From Candidatus Bathyarchaeota archaeon (GTDB lineage Archaea; Thermoproteota; Bathyarchaeia; 40CM-2-53-6): a stretch of DNA of 64,000 bases. Of the stretch, positions 1 through 10,014 are shown piece after piece (the stretch's first letter is position 1; each line of letters opens with the position of its first letter). Where the stretch lies: contig CAVPLU010000004.1 of the NCBI GenBank assembly GCA_963706285.1, positions 320,001 through 384,000 of the forward strand. Direction: 5' to 3'. Both the position numbers and the translations under genes were made by a program. Below the pieces are notes generated by a model. It was not told where the DNA came from, ran no database searches, and saw only the letters and a list, made by a program, of their open reading frames with translations.

Positions 1-762
1 TGTCTGCTGTCTCTCAAGAATCTCATTTCTGAGATCAGCTATCTGAGTCTGGATTTCAGATATCTTGCAAGAAGTGAGTTGGACTTGGAGTCTGCCGGTC
101 TCCTTCTTGAGCTGCTGCGATCTGAGGTAATCGTTTCTCTCTTTCTCCAAAGATTCGACTCTAAGGCGAACTTCGTCGGTTCGGGCTGATGCGACCTTTA
201 TGTTCAGATCTGCTTGTTGCAGCTGGATCTCTGATTCTGCTTTCTTGGAATCGTAGACGGCTATTCCTATCATGTCCTCGATGATCTTTCGGCGTTCCTC
301 ATGGGTCACCTCGGCGAGTCTAGTGATTGCGTGTTGTTGAACGATATTGTGTCCGGAAACTTGGATGTCAGCAGATGAAAGAATGTCGGTAAGTTGCTTT
401 CGTGAAACGCGCCGCCCGTTCATTCGGTAGATGCCTTCCCCGCCTCTTCGAAATTCCCTTGAGATAGTCACAAGGTCAGCATCCACGGGGATGCGTCGAT
501 CCGCGTTGTCGAATTGGATTCCTACGTAGGCGGATTTCGCTGTGGCATGAGGAGATCCTCTGTGAATGAGGTCGGTGATGTTTCCGCCTCTGAGTTCTTT
601 GGCACTCAGTTCTCCTAGTGCGAACTTCACCGAGTCTATTACGTTGCTCTTCCCGGAGCCGTTGGGGCCTGTAACTACGGTTAGGCCACGGTCAAGGCTC
701 AGGGATACTTTCTTCCCGAAAGTCTTGAAACCTCTAAGATCAATCCTGCGAATGTATACCAA
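1..762 (-). CDS. smc: Chromosome segregation protein SMC, N-terminal part (runs off the window)
   Basis: Not in the ORF track. Manual translation from TTG at 762 gives MVYIRRIDLRGFKTFGKKVSLSLDRGLTVVTGPNGSGKSNVIDSVKFALGE, an SMC head with Walker A. Confidence 0.95.
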   Translation of the reverse strand, partial: MVYIRRIDLRGFKTFGKKVSLSLDRGLTVVTGPNGSGKSNVIDSVKFALGELSAKELRGGNITDLIHRGSPHATAKSAYVGIQFDNADRRIPVDADLVTISREFRRGGEGIYRMNGRRVSRKQLTDILSSADIQVSGHNIVQQHAITRLAEVTHEERRKIIEDMIGIAVYDSKKAESEIQLQQADLNIKVASARTDEVRLRVESLEKERNDYLRSQQLKKETGRLQVQLTSCKISEIQTQIADLRNEILERQQT

Positions 763-930
763 GTGCTAATCGATCCCGCCGTGCCACGCCAGACCTTCGA
801 GACTAGACGATCATGTTGTGAGTGGATTGGCCTTGAATCCGTATCGGATGTGAGATAAAGCTTGGCGCGAGTTTATGGTGCTCGCGACCCGCATATTCAG
901 GCTAGAATGAATGTCAGGGAACCTACGCGG

Positions 931-1719
931 CTACTGGCCGTATCTTCTTTTGCGCATCTGGTAAGTTCGTACAGCTCTAAGTAAATCTATTCGCCTGAAT
1001 TCCGGCCAATATACATCTAAGAAGCAAAATTCACTGTAGGCCGACTGCCACAGCAGAAACCCGCTGAGCCTCTCTTCTCCAGATGTTCGTATGACAAGAT
1101 CTGGGTATGGGTTTGGAAGATGGGCTGTGTAAAGGTACTTCATGAAGAACCGTTCATCTATCTCATCCGGCTCAACTGAACCCTCTTGAACATCGCTTGC
1201 GATCTTCCGTGCAGCGTCAATAATCTCAGTTCTTCCGCCATATGCGAGGGCGATGTTGAGGAAGTGTCTGTCATACGATTCTGTGGCGTGCTCGATCTCT
1301 TGGAGAACTTCTTGCAGGTGCTTAGGCAGCAAATCTAGACGCCCAAGCGCTTTGACTCTTACCTGATTCTGATGTAACCTCTCGTCTTTCAGTAGCCTCC
1401 TTGCCTCTTCTTCAATGATCGCAAATATCGTGTCAACTTCTTCTTGTGGCCGATCGAAGTTCTCCATTGAGAAGACATAGAGCGTGATTGTCTTGATATT
1501 GAGGTCGAGACACCAGTCCAGCAGAGCCTCACTGGTTTTTGCCCCATAATGATGGCCTTCATAGACTATGCCTGAACGTGCGATGGCCCACCGCCTGTTT
1601 CCGTCAAGAATGACCCCCAAGTGCTCTGGGATAGGTTGTTTTCTGATCTGCCCGTCAAGCCACCATTCGTAGACAGCGTAGGCCCCGATTGCCCGTAGGA
1701 AACCCTCTAGCATGGTCAA
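931..1719 (-). CDS. uppS: cis-prenyltransferase (polyprenyl diphosphate synthase)
   Basis: HLGVILDGNRRWA, FSMENFDR and RTSGEERLSGFLLWQSAYSE motifs. Confidence 0.95.
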   Translation of the reverse strand: MTMLEGFLRAIGAYAVYEWWLDGQIRKQPIPEHLGVILDGNRRWAIARSGIVYEGHHYGAKTSEALLDWCLDLNIKTITLYVFSMENFDRPQEEVDTIFAIIEEEARRLLKDERLHQNQVRVKALGRLDLLPKHLQEVLQEIEHATESYDRHFLNIALAYGGRTEIIDAARKIASDVQEGSVEPDEIDERFFMKYLYTAHLPNPYPDLVIRTSGEERLSGFLLWQSAYSEFCFLDVYWPEFRRIDLLRAVRTYQMRKRRYGQ

Positions 1720-2502
1720 TCACGTCGGGGTGGCCTGTGAGAGAGCCTTCCCACACCGGCAGGTTCTTGCTACTGGAATTCTTGCAATCGTGTCCTTAAC
1801 CAAGGTTTCTACTTCTGGCAGGACCTTCTCGGCCAGCTGCGTCACTTCAGATGCTGTGAGCGATTTCTGAAGCCCCGCCGCCATGTTAGTAACGATGCAA
1901 ACGGCACCGTAGCAGATCTCAAGCTCGCGTGCCAAGAATGCTTCGGGTGCAGATGTCATTCCGACCACATCGCATCCCGCGTTTCTCATCATCATGATTT
2001 CGGCCGGTGTCTCATACCGAGGCCCGTCTGTACACGCGAGAATGCTCTCATTCCACGTTTTTCGAGACGACCGCCCAGAGGCCTCGATGAGCGTCTTTCG
2101 TATCTCAGGGCAGTAGACATCAGTCACGTCTACGTGCACAACCGGTTCAGAATCGTAGAATGTCTGATTCCTCAACCTGGTAAAATCCACGAGGTCCACG
2201 GGGATCACGAGGTTCCCCGGTCGGTAACTTTCTCTCATCGCGCCTACGGCGTTGGTTGCAACTATCCTTTCCACTCCAAGTTGCTTCAGGCTCCAGATGT
2301 TGGCTCTATAGTTCACCTTGTGAGGCGGGAATTCATGGCGGAGTCCGTGCCTTGGTAGGAATGCGACACGTACGTCGTCAATTTGGGTGATCGTAATGTC
2401 CGGAGATGGCCCATAGGGTGTGTCGTTTCGTCTTGTTTCCCCTTGTCCGATCAGCTGCTCAAAGCCAGAGCCGCCGATCAGTCCTATTCTCACGCTAGGC
2501 AA
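1720..2502 (-). CDS. mtnP: 5'-methylthioadenosine phosphorylase (MTAP/PNP family)
   Basis: IGLIGGSG, TPYG, LPRHG, VNYRANIW, GPRYETPAE and VGMT motifs. Confidence 0.9.
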   Translation of the reverse strand: MPSVRIGLIGGSGFEQLIGQGETRRNDTPYGPSPDITITQIDDVRVAFLPRHGLRHEFPPHKVNYRANIWSLKQLGVERIVATNAVGAMRESYRPGNLVIPVDLVDFTRLRNQTFYDSEPVVHVDVTDVYCPEIRKTLIEASGRSSRKTWNESILACTDGPRYETPAEIMMMRNAGCDVVGMTSAPEAFLARELEICYGAVCIVTNMAAGLQKSLTASEVTQLAEKVLPEVETLVKDTIARIPVARTCRCGKALSQATPT

Positions 2503-2581
2503 GAGTCATCCGCCAAAACTATCTCATGACCCTACCGGGACGACAGAGAACGCGGGAATATAAGGTGTGTCAGCGGAGCCG

Positions 2582-3499
2582 CTAGATGGCGCCCTTCTCC
2601 ATCAGCGCCTTGAACTCTTCAAGAGATAGTCTCTTCCCTTGCCCGAGTTTCTCGGCGCCAGATTTCTCAAGCTTCTCACGGACTTCTTGGCCTTTGCGAA
2701 GTTTAACCATCGGACCCGTCTGAGCGATCTGTTGGCGGATCTCTCGGATCTTGACAAGGTTCGTGACATACCCCTTGTGCGCTTCATCAGCCCCTTTCAG
2801 GGCTTCCACAAAAGCCCCATGCGCCTTGTCCGCTTCAGCCTTAGCTGTTGACGCAGATGCGGCCACGTCAATCAGCTTCTTGTGGATTACTTCACTTTCT
2901 TCAACGATCTTTGTCATCTGCTCATGGAATGACTGAGCCTGAAGCCTCTTGCCGCCAATAGTTGCCTTCGTTCCCAGAATCTTGTATCTGAGAGCCTCTG
3001 CCTTCTTCGCAACAAGCACCTGCCCCTCAAGTTCCTTCAGGCGCTTGATCAATTCCTTCTCAGCCTTGGGGGTGAGGGTGCTAGTTTGCATCTTCCATTC
3101 TAGACGATTGAACTCTTCAAGGGCCCTTCGCGGGCTTCCCTCGAGTCGCTCCGAGATCTCTACTGACCTGTTCTTGAGCTTCTCAAGCCTCTCCCTTTCC
3201 GTCACTGCAGCGTCTCGTGCAACGTTTCTGGAAGCCTTGAGTTCCTTGACCTTCCGATTCAGCTCGTCTCTTCTAAGCTTAAGAGCCTTAACTTCGTTGA
3301 TCATGCGCTTGAAATCTTCGTTGAGCTTGTTGCGTTGTTCAAGCAGCTCCTTGGCCTTGTGGTTAAGATTCTCGCGTTGCTCAACAAGGTGGACATTGGA
3401 GTCTCTGAGCGCATTGATTTCCCGGAACAATGCCTCGCTGTTCTCTGACAAGCCGCTCAGTACCTTTTGCCGTCCGTGGGAAGATGCACTATTGCTCAT
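2582..3499 (-). CDS. Conserved archaeal coiled-coil protein
   Basis: 305 aa of heptad-rich helix with LEWKMQT and a C-terminal GKRLSLEEFKALME, typical of this archaeal family. Confidence 0.75.
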   Translation of the reverse strand: MSNSASSHGRQKVLSGLSENSEALFREINALRDSNVHLVEQRENLNHKAKELLEQRNKLNEDFKRMINEVKALKLRRDELNRKVKELKASRNVARDAAVTERERLEKLKNRSVEISERLEGSPRRALEEFNRLEWKMQTSTLTPKAEKELIKRLKELEGQVLVAKKAEALRYKILGTKATIGGKRLQAQSFHEQMTKIVEESEVIHKKLIDVAASASTAKAEADKAHGAFVEALKGADEAHKGYVTNLVKIREIRQQIAQTGPMVKLRKGQEVREKLEKSGAEKLGQGKRLSLEEFKALMEKGAI

Positions 3500-3592
3500 A
3501 AAACTTTCTCGAAACCCTCATTCATAGACTTTGCGTAGATCTGGCGAATTTACCCACGTTCCAACCTGCACAGTAAATGGTTTAACAGCCAT

Positions 3593-4330
3593 CTATGCTG
3601 AAAGTAACATCCTCGCGTCCACGACTAACGCGCCGTGCTCGTAGATTATTGTAGGGTTGAGGTCCATCTGGTCGATTTGAGGGTTCTCCATCACTAGGCG
3701 CGACGCGGACAAGAGTACGTGAACTATTGCGTTCTGGTCAGCAGGCGGAGAACCCCGGTAGCCCTCCAGAACTGCGTACCCTTTGATTTCATGAATCATA
3801 TCACGTGCGTCACGTTCTTCGAGGGGGGCTATGCGGAATGCCACGTCCTTAAGTATCTCGACGAAAACGCCTCCCAAGCCGAACAGGATGGTGTGCCCAA
3901 ATTGAGGATCATTCACCGACCCGACAATGATTTCCGTTGACTCAGGAGCCATCTTCTGAACGAGAATTCCTTTGATTCGTGCATCTGGTCTGCGGGCTCG
4001 CACGCTTTCTAAGATCCGTAGGTAAGCAGACTCCACTGCATCACTCGATGATAACCCGACCACGACTCCGCCCACCTCGGTTTTGTGGATTATATCGGGA
4101 GAAACGACCTTCAAGACAACTGGATATCCGAGTTCACCAGCAAGGGCTGCGGCGCTTGCAGAGTCCACTGCGAGCTTGTAACGCGGCGTGGGAATTTCAT
4201 ATTCGACGCATATGGCTTTGGCCTCAGGTTCCAAGAGGTTGCGACGCCCTTCTGCCAGGGCCTTCTTGATTATCACTTGCGCTTCTGCGGAACCCATCGT
4301 AATCTTACCGCGAGTTCGGGTAAGGTCCAA
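3593..4330 (-). CDS. ADP-forming acetate--CoA ligase beta subunit (ATP-grasp)
   Basis: LLEPEAK, GYPVVLKVVSPDIIHKTEVGGV, DPQFG..ILFGLGG, DLNP, VDAR. Confidence 0.92.
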   Translation of the reverse strand: MDLTRTRGKITMGSAEAQVIIKKALAEGRRNLLEPEAKAICVEYEIPTPRYKLAVDSASAAALAGELGYPVVLKVVSPDIIHKTEVGGVVVGLSSSDAVESAYLRILESVRARRPDARIKGILVQKMAPESTEIIVGSVNDPQFGHTILFGLGGVFVEILKDVAFRIAPLEERDARDMIHEIKGYAVLEGYRGSPPADQNAIVHVLLSASRLVMENPQIDQMDLNPTIIYEHGALVVDARMLLSA

Positions 4331-4405
4331 CCGCTTTAATACAGTTGCTCGGTCTCTTTCCGCCTGCTTGCATTACTGTCTTCGTGCCAGTATCTGGTTG
4401 GAATC

Positions 4406-5113
4406 TTGGAACAAGACCGAAACTCGCAGAGGCTCACAATTCTCGGGACAACACATGTAGACAAAGCGAGCATCGACCGAGTCCGGAGGACAATCTCTGA
4501 ATTGCGTCCATGCGTGGTCGCGGTGGAACTCGACGAGGAGAGATTGTGGGCTCTCAGAGATCCCAACAGAGACAAAATGGATTCTCCAATCCATACCGGT
4601 TTGCTACCGTGGCTAATGGCTTTGCTTGAAAGGTCGGTAGGATCGTTGACCGACGTTTTTCCCGGAAGTGAGATGCTCGAAGCGGTCGATGAAGCTGAAA
4701 GAGTTGGAGCGAAGACGATTATGATTGACAAACCGATTGACTCCATTCTCGCGGGGATCAGAAATATCCCCTGGCTGGAGAGACTGAGGATAGGCTTTGA
4801 CGTACTGGCCGCTCTTTTTGCGATGTCCACCAAAAGGGGGACCACTCAGCTGGCGAAAGGAAAGTTTGATGATCTGATGGCAGAATTCAGAGTCAAGTAT
4901 CCGACGCTCTTCCGAATCCTCGTTGAGGAAAGGGACCTATTCATGGCCTCAAGGCTGCAAGAGATACTTGACCATACGACTGGCCCGGTCGTCGCAGTCG
5001 TGGGCTTGGGTCATGTGAACGGGATCCTGGGGCGTCTCGCCGCGAATCGCGAAGCTCCCAATGCAAACAGTGTTGGCGTGAGATACGAGTGGACTTTGGG
5101 AGCATTCCCTTGA
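4406..5113 (+). CDS. TraB/GumN-family protein
   Basis: ILGTTHV, VAVELDEER, PGSEM, LVEERD, VAVVGLGH. Confidence 0.85.
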   Translation: MEQDRNSQRLTILGTTHVDKASIDRVRRTISELRPCVVAVELDEERLWALRDPNRDKMDSPIHTGLLPWLMALLERSVGSLTDVFPGSEMLEAVDEAERVGAKTIMIDKPIDSILAGIRNIPWLERLRIGFDVLAALFAMSTKRGTTQLAKGKFDDLMAEFRVKYPTLFRILVEERDLFMASRLQEILDHTTGPVVAVVGLGHVNGILGRLAANREAPNANSVGVRYEWTLGAFP

Positions 5114-5122
5114 GATATCTGA

Positions 5123-5650
5123 TTACACTAAAGTCTTGACTGCAGCAAATCCGCCCCTAGCCGCGTCACACCATGTGCTGGCGAAAGCAATCAGGACGAC
5201 ATCTCCTTTCTTCAGGCTGAGTTGGTTCTTGATCTTCTCAAAAGCCGCAGGGTCACGTTTTTGAAGCGATTCCGTCACTCCAGGAAACTTGAGCGTCTTT
5301 CCGTCAAAGAGGAATGTTATGGCGCCGGTTGCACCCGCTTTGATGGCCGCGTCGCGTTGCTCGATTCCTTGACCAAGTTGCCGTGAGCGTCCTGCAACAT
5401 GGAAAATGACGCTCCTAGAGTCCAAACCCAGAAGCTTCTGGTCGGATCTCTTGACCAGCCTCAGGTTGTGATGTTTCATAAGAGCGGTCAATTTGCGTAG
5501 CCCTTTTGAGCTGGCTCTGGTTCCTGCACGGTATCGCACTTGGATCAACCCACTCCTCTTCATATGTCCGAGCATGCCACGCGCGATGCCTTGGGGTACA
5601 CCGAGCATCTCTGCCAGACGATATCTTCCGATTTCTCTCTCAGTTTTCAA
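5123..5650 (-). CDS. DUF4443-like protein (HTH plus C-terminal domain)
   Basis: IGRYRLAEMLG HTH and GIEQRDAAIKAGATGAIT motif. Confidence 0.7.
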   Translation of the reverse strand: MKTEREIGRYRLAEMLGVPQGIARGMLGHMKRSGLIQVRYRAGTRASSKGLRKLTALMKHHNLRLVKRSDQKLLGLDSRSVIFHVAGRSRQLGQGIEQRDAAIKAGATGAITFLFDGKTLKFPGVTESLQKRDPAAFEKIKNQLSLKKGDVVLIAFASTWCDAARGGFAAVKTLV

Positions 5651-5806
5651 CAGCCATAGAATGAACAGTTCCTGTTCGGGAGATATCGATTTCAGCTATG
5701 TTCCCTGCCTTGTGCAGTCAGTAACAACTGTTCGCGATGATGTTGGATAATTGTTCTCTCTGAGGTTGAGAATGTCGGACACTTGTGGCCAATCATGCCC
5801 AGCTGC

Positions 5807-6598
5807 CTAGGGTCGGAGTTCTTCTCCGCCTGAGAGTGCGCGGGTGAGCGATGCGTTCAACTCAAGTAGACCTGCATTCGACTTCGCTGACACGGGTATC
5901 GTTTCGAAGATCAAACCTGCCGAGTGCACTGCAATTGCCAAGTCACGTGCAATAAGTGCGCCTGTGCTACCTGATGTTGTGTCGAACGCGTTTTCCAGTT
6001 GCTCGATTTCGCTGGCCCATCCAACAATCTGGTCCAGTTCTTCTTCGGTGACTAGGTCGGTTTTTGTGAGTGCGTAGACTTGTGGTTGCCCAAGCCGTGT
6101 GTAGACTGCCGCCGCGAGGAACAAGTTGGACACGAAGTTCATCGGGTTTCTACAAAAGGGCGCGTCCAACGTGTACAAGACTGCTTTCGATTCGTCAGTC
6201 ATTGCCTTAGAGAAGTACGGTCCGCTTTCTCTGAATGCAAACAGTTCGATCTGTCCCGGCGTGTCAGCCAGCACAAAATCAGGAGCTTCTGCGTCAAGCT
6301 CACTTCGGATCTCCTCTAGGTGATCTGCTGCAATGTCAGATGCCATGATCAGAGCGCCGTTTGGGCCTAGCTTGTATTTCTCCATTAGTTCATCTATGTC
6401 GACGTATGTTCGGACATCAACGTCAGGATTGTACGGCAGAGCTGTTGCTCCCGGATCGAGATTAAGAGTCACAACATTCTGTTCTGTGGAACGTAAGAAC
6501 TCGGAGAACGACGCGACGAGAAGTGATTTCCCCGATCCAGCCATGCCGACTACGAATATGACGAATATTGTGCTCGCCTTCCTAGGACTCACATTCAT
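5807..6598 (-). CDS. GPN-loop GTPase
   Basis: GMAGSGKS, NLDPG, GPNG loop, DTPGQIE, TKTD, VSAK. Start moved to ATG 6598. Confidence 0.92.
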   Translation of the reverse strand: MNVSPRKASTIFVIFVVGMAGSGKSLLVASFSEFLRSTEQNVVTLNLDPGATALPYNPDVDVRTYVDIDELMEKYKLGPNGALIMASDIAADHLEEIRSELDAEAPDFVLADTPGQIELFAFRESGPYFSKAMTDESKAVLYTLDAPFCRNPMNFVSNLFLAAAVYTRLGQPQVYALTKTDLVTEEELDQIVGWASEIEQLENAFDTTSGSTGALIARDLAIAVHSAGLIFETIPVSAKSNAGLLELNASLTRALSGGEELRP

Positions 6599-6851
6599 GA
6601 GCCTTTGAGATATGTCTTGATCGATGTGAAGTGCACAGTGGTAGCGTCTCCTCTCGAGAATGTTCTTGAAGGCCGCTCGCGACCCGGATTCTACAGTCAT
6701 GAAGATCCTGTATCTAGCCTGCCAGTCATTGCGGCCAATCAAGACTATGCCGATAGCGGTTCTTGTGCCTTGCCATTGGCTCTTGCTCGTGAAGAAGAAC
6801 ACCAATAGGCCACCGTACGAGTCATTAGCGAATACCGTGAGCAATGATCCA

Positions 6852-7388
6852 ATGACTCTCCAAATTGATGATGCTGGAGTTGGCGACCTGCTGCATGGAG
6901 TTGTGATAGGGGCATATCGCCCCGAGACCGGCGAATTCAGCTACGACGTGGTAGATGTTGGATTCTTCCAGCAACCAGAATTTGGCAAGAAAGCCTACCT
7001 TGCAGAGGCTTCTGAAGTCATTAAACATGTCATCGAAAAGATGAAACTAGGCGAAAGTGAACCGATATTGATCTGCAGCAGTTTCATCTTCGAAAGAGCA
7101 GTCCATGATCTTGAAGAGAAGTTTGGAAAAGAGAGAGTGACTGTCACCAAGATCACAGGGGAAGCACAGCGTCACGTTGAGACTGCATACTTGGATGAAA
7201 TCCGAAACCTAGGCTACGAACCGCTCGCTGAACGAGAAGAGAAGCGTGCCAGAAGCTTCTTTCATATGCTGCGCTGGCTCAAAAGCGAGCCACATCGATT
7301 CAAACATGCCAAGACTGGGTGGCCACGCCTCAAAAGGTACCACAGAACCGCCAGAAATGGAAGAAATCCTCCCGAAAGATCCAGCTGA
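6852..7388 (+). CDS. Hypothetical protein with RNase HII-like N-terminal strand
   Basis: MTLQIDDAGVGDLLHGVVIGAY resembles RNase HII GIDEAGRGxxxGPxVVA. Start taken at ATG 6852. Confidence 0.55.
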   Translation: MTLQIDDAGVGDLLHGVVIGAYRPETGEFSYDVVDVGFFQQPEFGKKAYLAEASEVIKHVIEKMKLGESEPILICSSFIFERAVHDLEEKFGKERVTVTKITGEAQRHVETAYLDEIRNLGYEPLAEREEKRARSFFHMLRWLKSEPHRFKHAKTGWPRLKRYHRTARNGRNPPERSS

Positions 7389-7456
7389 CCCTTTGCGAGT
7401 AGCCAACCCAGTCGCGATCCCAATCCTAACGCAGGAGCTTAAACGGATCAGCGTTC

Positions 7457-8320
7457 ATGTCTATCCCCGAAGATGGGAAGCCGAGGAGCCCTCAGGGATT
7501 GCATGCGAAACAGCTGATATTTGAGATAGTTGCAATCGGAAACGAGTTGTTGATTGGAAAGACACTGGACACAAATTCACATTGGCTAGCAGTGCAGATC
7601 AGCGAGCTCGGGGGAGTGCTTCGGCGAATCACAACAGTGCGAGACAGGCACGAGGAGATTGGAGGCGCAATAAGGGGTGCCCTGTCGAGACATCCCGACT
7701 TCCTGCTTACACTAGGAGGCCTAGGTCCAACACACGATGATATCACACTAGCAAGCATAAGCAGACTCCTCAAGCGCCGACTAGTCCTGAACCCTAGGGC
7801 AGTGGAATTCCTCAGGTCAAGATATTTGACGAGATTTGGACCGCATGTGAAACTCACACCGCCCCGTTTGAAGATGGCGAGATTTCCGTCTGGAGCTACG
7901 CCATTGCCGAATCCTGTTGGCACAGCGCCCGCACCTTGCCTTGTTGTACGCGGAACCACTTTGATCGCTCTTCCCGGAGTTCCGAAGGAAATGCGAGCTA
8001 TTTTCAGAAGTTCAATTAAGCCAATAATCGAAGGTTTCGGGAGCACTTACGCATTCCACGAGCACTCTCTACTACTTCGCGGGATTCCAGAATCGTCATT
8101 GTCGCCGCTGATCGATGAAGTCATGCGAAAGCACCGTTTGGTATTCATCAAATCACACCCACGAGGAATCGAGAGGGACGGATCTGCAAGAATTGAGCTG
8201 CACTTTCGCATCGGTGGGACATCTCGCGATAAGATGGTGAGAGAACTGAAGCTTGCAGTTGCACTGATGAGAAGGAGACTTCGCGGGAAAGCGATTGTTC
8301 GGGACTTGGACCCGTTCTAG
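7457..8320 (+). CDS. CinA-like molybdopterin-binding domain protein
   Basis: EIVAIGNELLIGKTLDTNSHWLA, GGLGPTHDDIT, NPVGTAP, LPGVPKEM, IKSHP. Confidence 0.9.
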   Translation: MSIPEDGKPRSPQGLHAKQLIFEIVAIGNELLIGKTLDTNSHWLAVQISELGGVLRRITTVRDRHEEIGGAIRGALSRHPDFLLTLGGLGPTHDDITLASISRLLKRRLVLNPRAVEFLRSRYLTRFGPHVKLTPPRLKMARFPSGATPLPNPVGTAPAPCLVVRGTTLIALPGVPKEMRAIFRSSIKPIIEGFGSTYAFHEHSLLLRGIPESSLSPLIDEVMRKHRLVFIKSHPRGIERDGSARIELHFRIGGTSRDKMVRELKLAVALMRRRLRGKAIVRDLDPF

Positions 8321-8401
8321 GCAGTGAAGGACAGCGGGTGTTAGCGCAATCTTTTCGTAACGGTTAGACATCCAATTACCGCCAATGGCGGAAAGCGACC
8401 G

Positions 8402-8560
8402 TTATCGTTTCCAACTGAAGGTTCGACCGCACATCTTGCATTGGTTACGTTGTATCTTGTGCATTCTAGGTCGGGATGCTAGATAGTATCCGATTTTGAT
8501 GGTTCTGCGTGACCCACAGTGAGGACATTTCGGGTTCGGTTTCAGTTTCTTAGCTTTCAT
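8402..8560 (-). CDS. Small IS1/InsA-like zinc-ribbon protein (52 aa)
   Basis: Not in the ORF track. Manual translation: MKAKKLKPNPKCPHCGSRRTIKIGYYLASRPRMHKIQRNQCKMCGRTFSWKR. Confidence 0.6.
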   Translation of the reverse strand: MKAKKLKPNPKCPHCGSRRTIKIGYYLASRPRMHKIQRNQCKMCGRTFSWKR

Positions 8561-8886
8561 TCATCCACAAACCTTGTTCTCGCGGTGCGAATGTGTTGTT
8601 GTCGGCACATAGTTTTGGGTTACGTATTTGTTTTTCTCGTGTGTTACCTGACGACGCTGCCGCAGACTAGACTGAGGAAGCTGCTTTCATGCTCGCCCTT
8701 GAATCGAACAGCATCTCAAGCCAAGGATGCTCACACCTGTTCAGTTGCGGAATTGGAGTCATGCGAACCAGAACTGTCTGATTTCAAGAAAAGGGAATGA
8801 GATGACCCAACGTATTGAAGCGTTTGAGGTAGCCCACAGCGAGCGCCTGATCTTAGCCGACAACGTGAGACGCAGAGACAAGCGAG

Positions 8887-9276
8887 TCAATCAGAACTGA
8901 GGGCTTTGGGTTTCCATGTTGGATTCATGAAATCTATGAGATCTTGAAGTTCTTTATCCATCTTATAGTAGATTTCATCGACTTCGAACTCTCGTGCAAT
9001 TTGCTTCAATTCATCCGTAATTTCCTTGACGTGTTCTTTCGGAACTTTGTCGAAGATCACGGCCATGTTGAGATTGCTTGTCGCAGAAGCGATGTCGCCC
9101 CAAATGTGAAAGTCAGACTCCTTGTTGTGCGGAGATCCAAGTTGGCGGTCCGAAAGATGATGCACAACCTTCCCTAGCAGATTCAAGGCATAGTTGACTC
9201 TAAGTCCGACACCGACTTGGGCAGTCCTTGTGATGAGGACGCCTATGTCGTGAACTAGGACGTTAGTTTCGCGCAT
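8887..9276 (-). CDS. Hypothetical protein
   Basis: 129-aa ORF with protein-like composition in an accessory islet; no motif recognised. Confidence 0.55.
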   Translation of the reverse strand: MRETNVLVHDIGVLITRTAQVGVGLRVNYALNLLGKVVHHLSDRQLGSPHNKESDFHIWGDIASATSNLNMAVIFDKVPKEHVKEITDELKQIAREFEVDEIYYKMDKELQDLIDFMNPTWKPKALSSD

Positions 9277-9723
9277 TCGACCGTCACGCTTGTTTTATTC
9301 AATAAGTAAATGGGTCCTTATTGAATTGACTATTTGGTCAGTCTGGGACACGCACCTACGGTCACGGCTTCGCTTCCTGGCAATTGTGATCCTCAGTTCT
9401 CTGAGGGTTTTGGGGAAGTCGATGTTTGGAGAGGCTGTCCCGGTTGCTTGAGGTCTCTCAGTTTCTTCCGCTTTGTTGCCGGGTTGAGAAGAGACAAGGC
9501 GTCCTAACGTTTTCGGTGTCTAAGTGCATCCTTCTCTGGCTTACGAAGCCATTTGCCGCTCGGATGCTTGTACTTGTAGCCCTCAACAGTCACAAACTCG
9601 GGAGTCCAGGCTCTACCATCATCCTCGTGACTAATGAGTCCAGAGTCGACAATTCTGATTCTCCTGAATAACAGAAAAGATCGGGATAGCCGATGCTAAC
9701 CTAGCACGTTGATAGCGCTCAGG

Positions 9724-9936
9724 CTACTTCTTTGATAGCCACCAGTTCAGGTACTCTTTCTGCTTGCGTCTCTTTTGTTCGTCGCTGGTTTCTCTATCTT
9801 GGAGTTTTCCCTTGCCCTCCAAGAGTTGTTGGGACGTGAATGTGAGGCCGCAGCTCTTGCAATTGTATTGTTTGAAGACTGGGTCGTAGCTAAGCGTTCC
9901 GCCGCATTCGAGACAGTATTGAGTCAAACCCTGCAC
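9724..9936 (-). CDS. Small zinc-finger protein
   Basis: CLECGG and CKSCG pairs, C-terminal EYLNWWLSKK. Confidence 0.7.
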   Translation of the reverse strand: MQGLTQYCLECGGTLSYDPVFKQYNCKSCGLTFTSQQLLEGKGKLQDRETSDEQKRRKQKEYLNWWLSKK

Positions 9937-10014
9937 TTTCTAACGAGTCTAACTGCAAGTGGATAGTTAAACATCACGCAGCGCCGACTCCGCATAGGAT
10001 TTCTTGGTCAATTT

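Noticed and set aside
2602-3527. Long antisense or alternate-frame ORFs over real genes (also at 7492, 21341, 36588, 43243)
   Set aside because: Shadow ORFs of well-supported genes, with no motifs.
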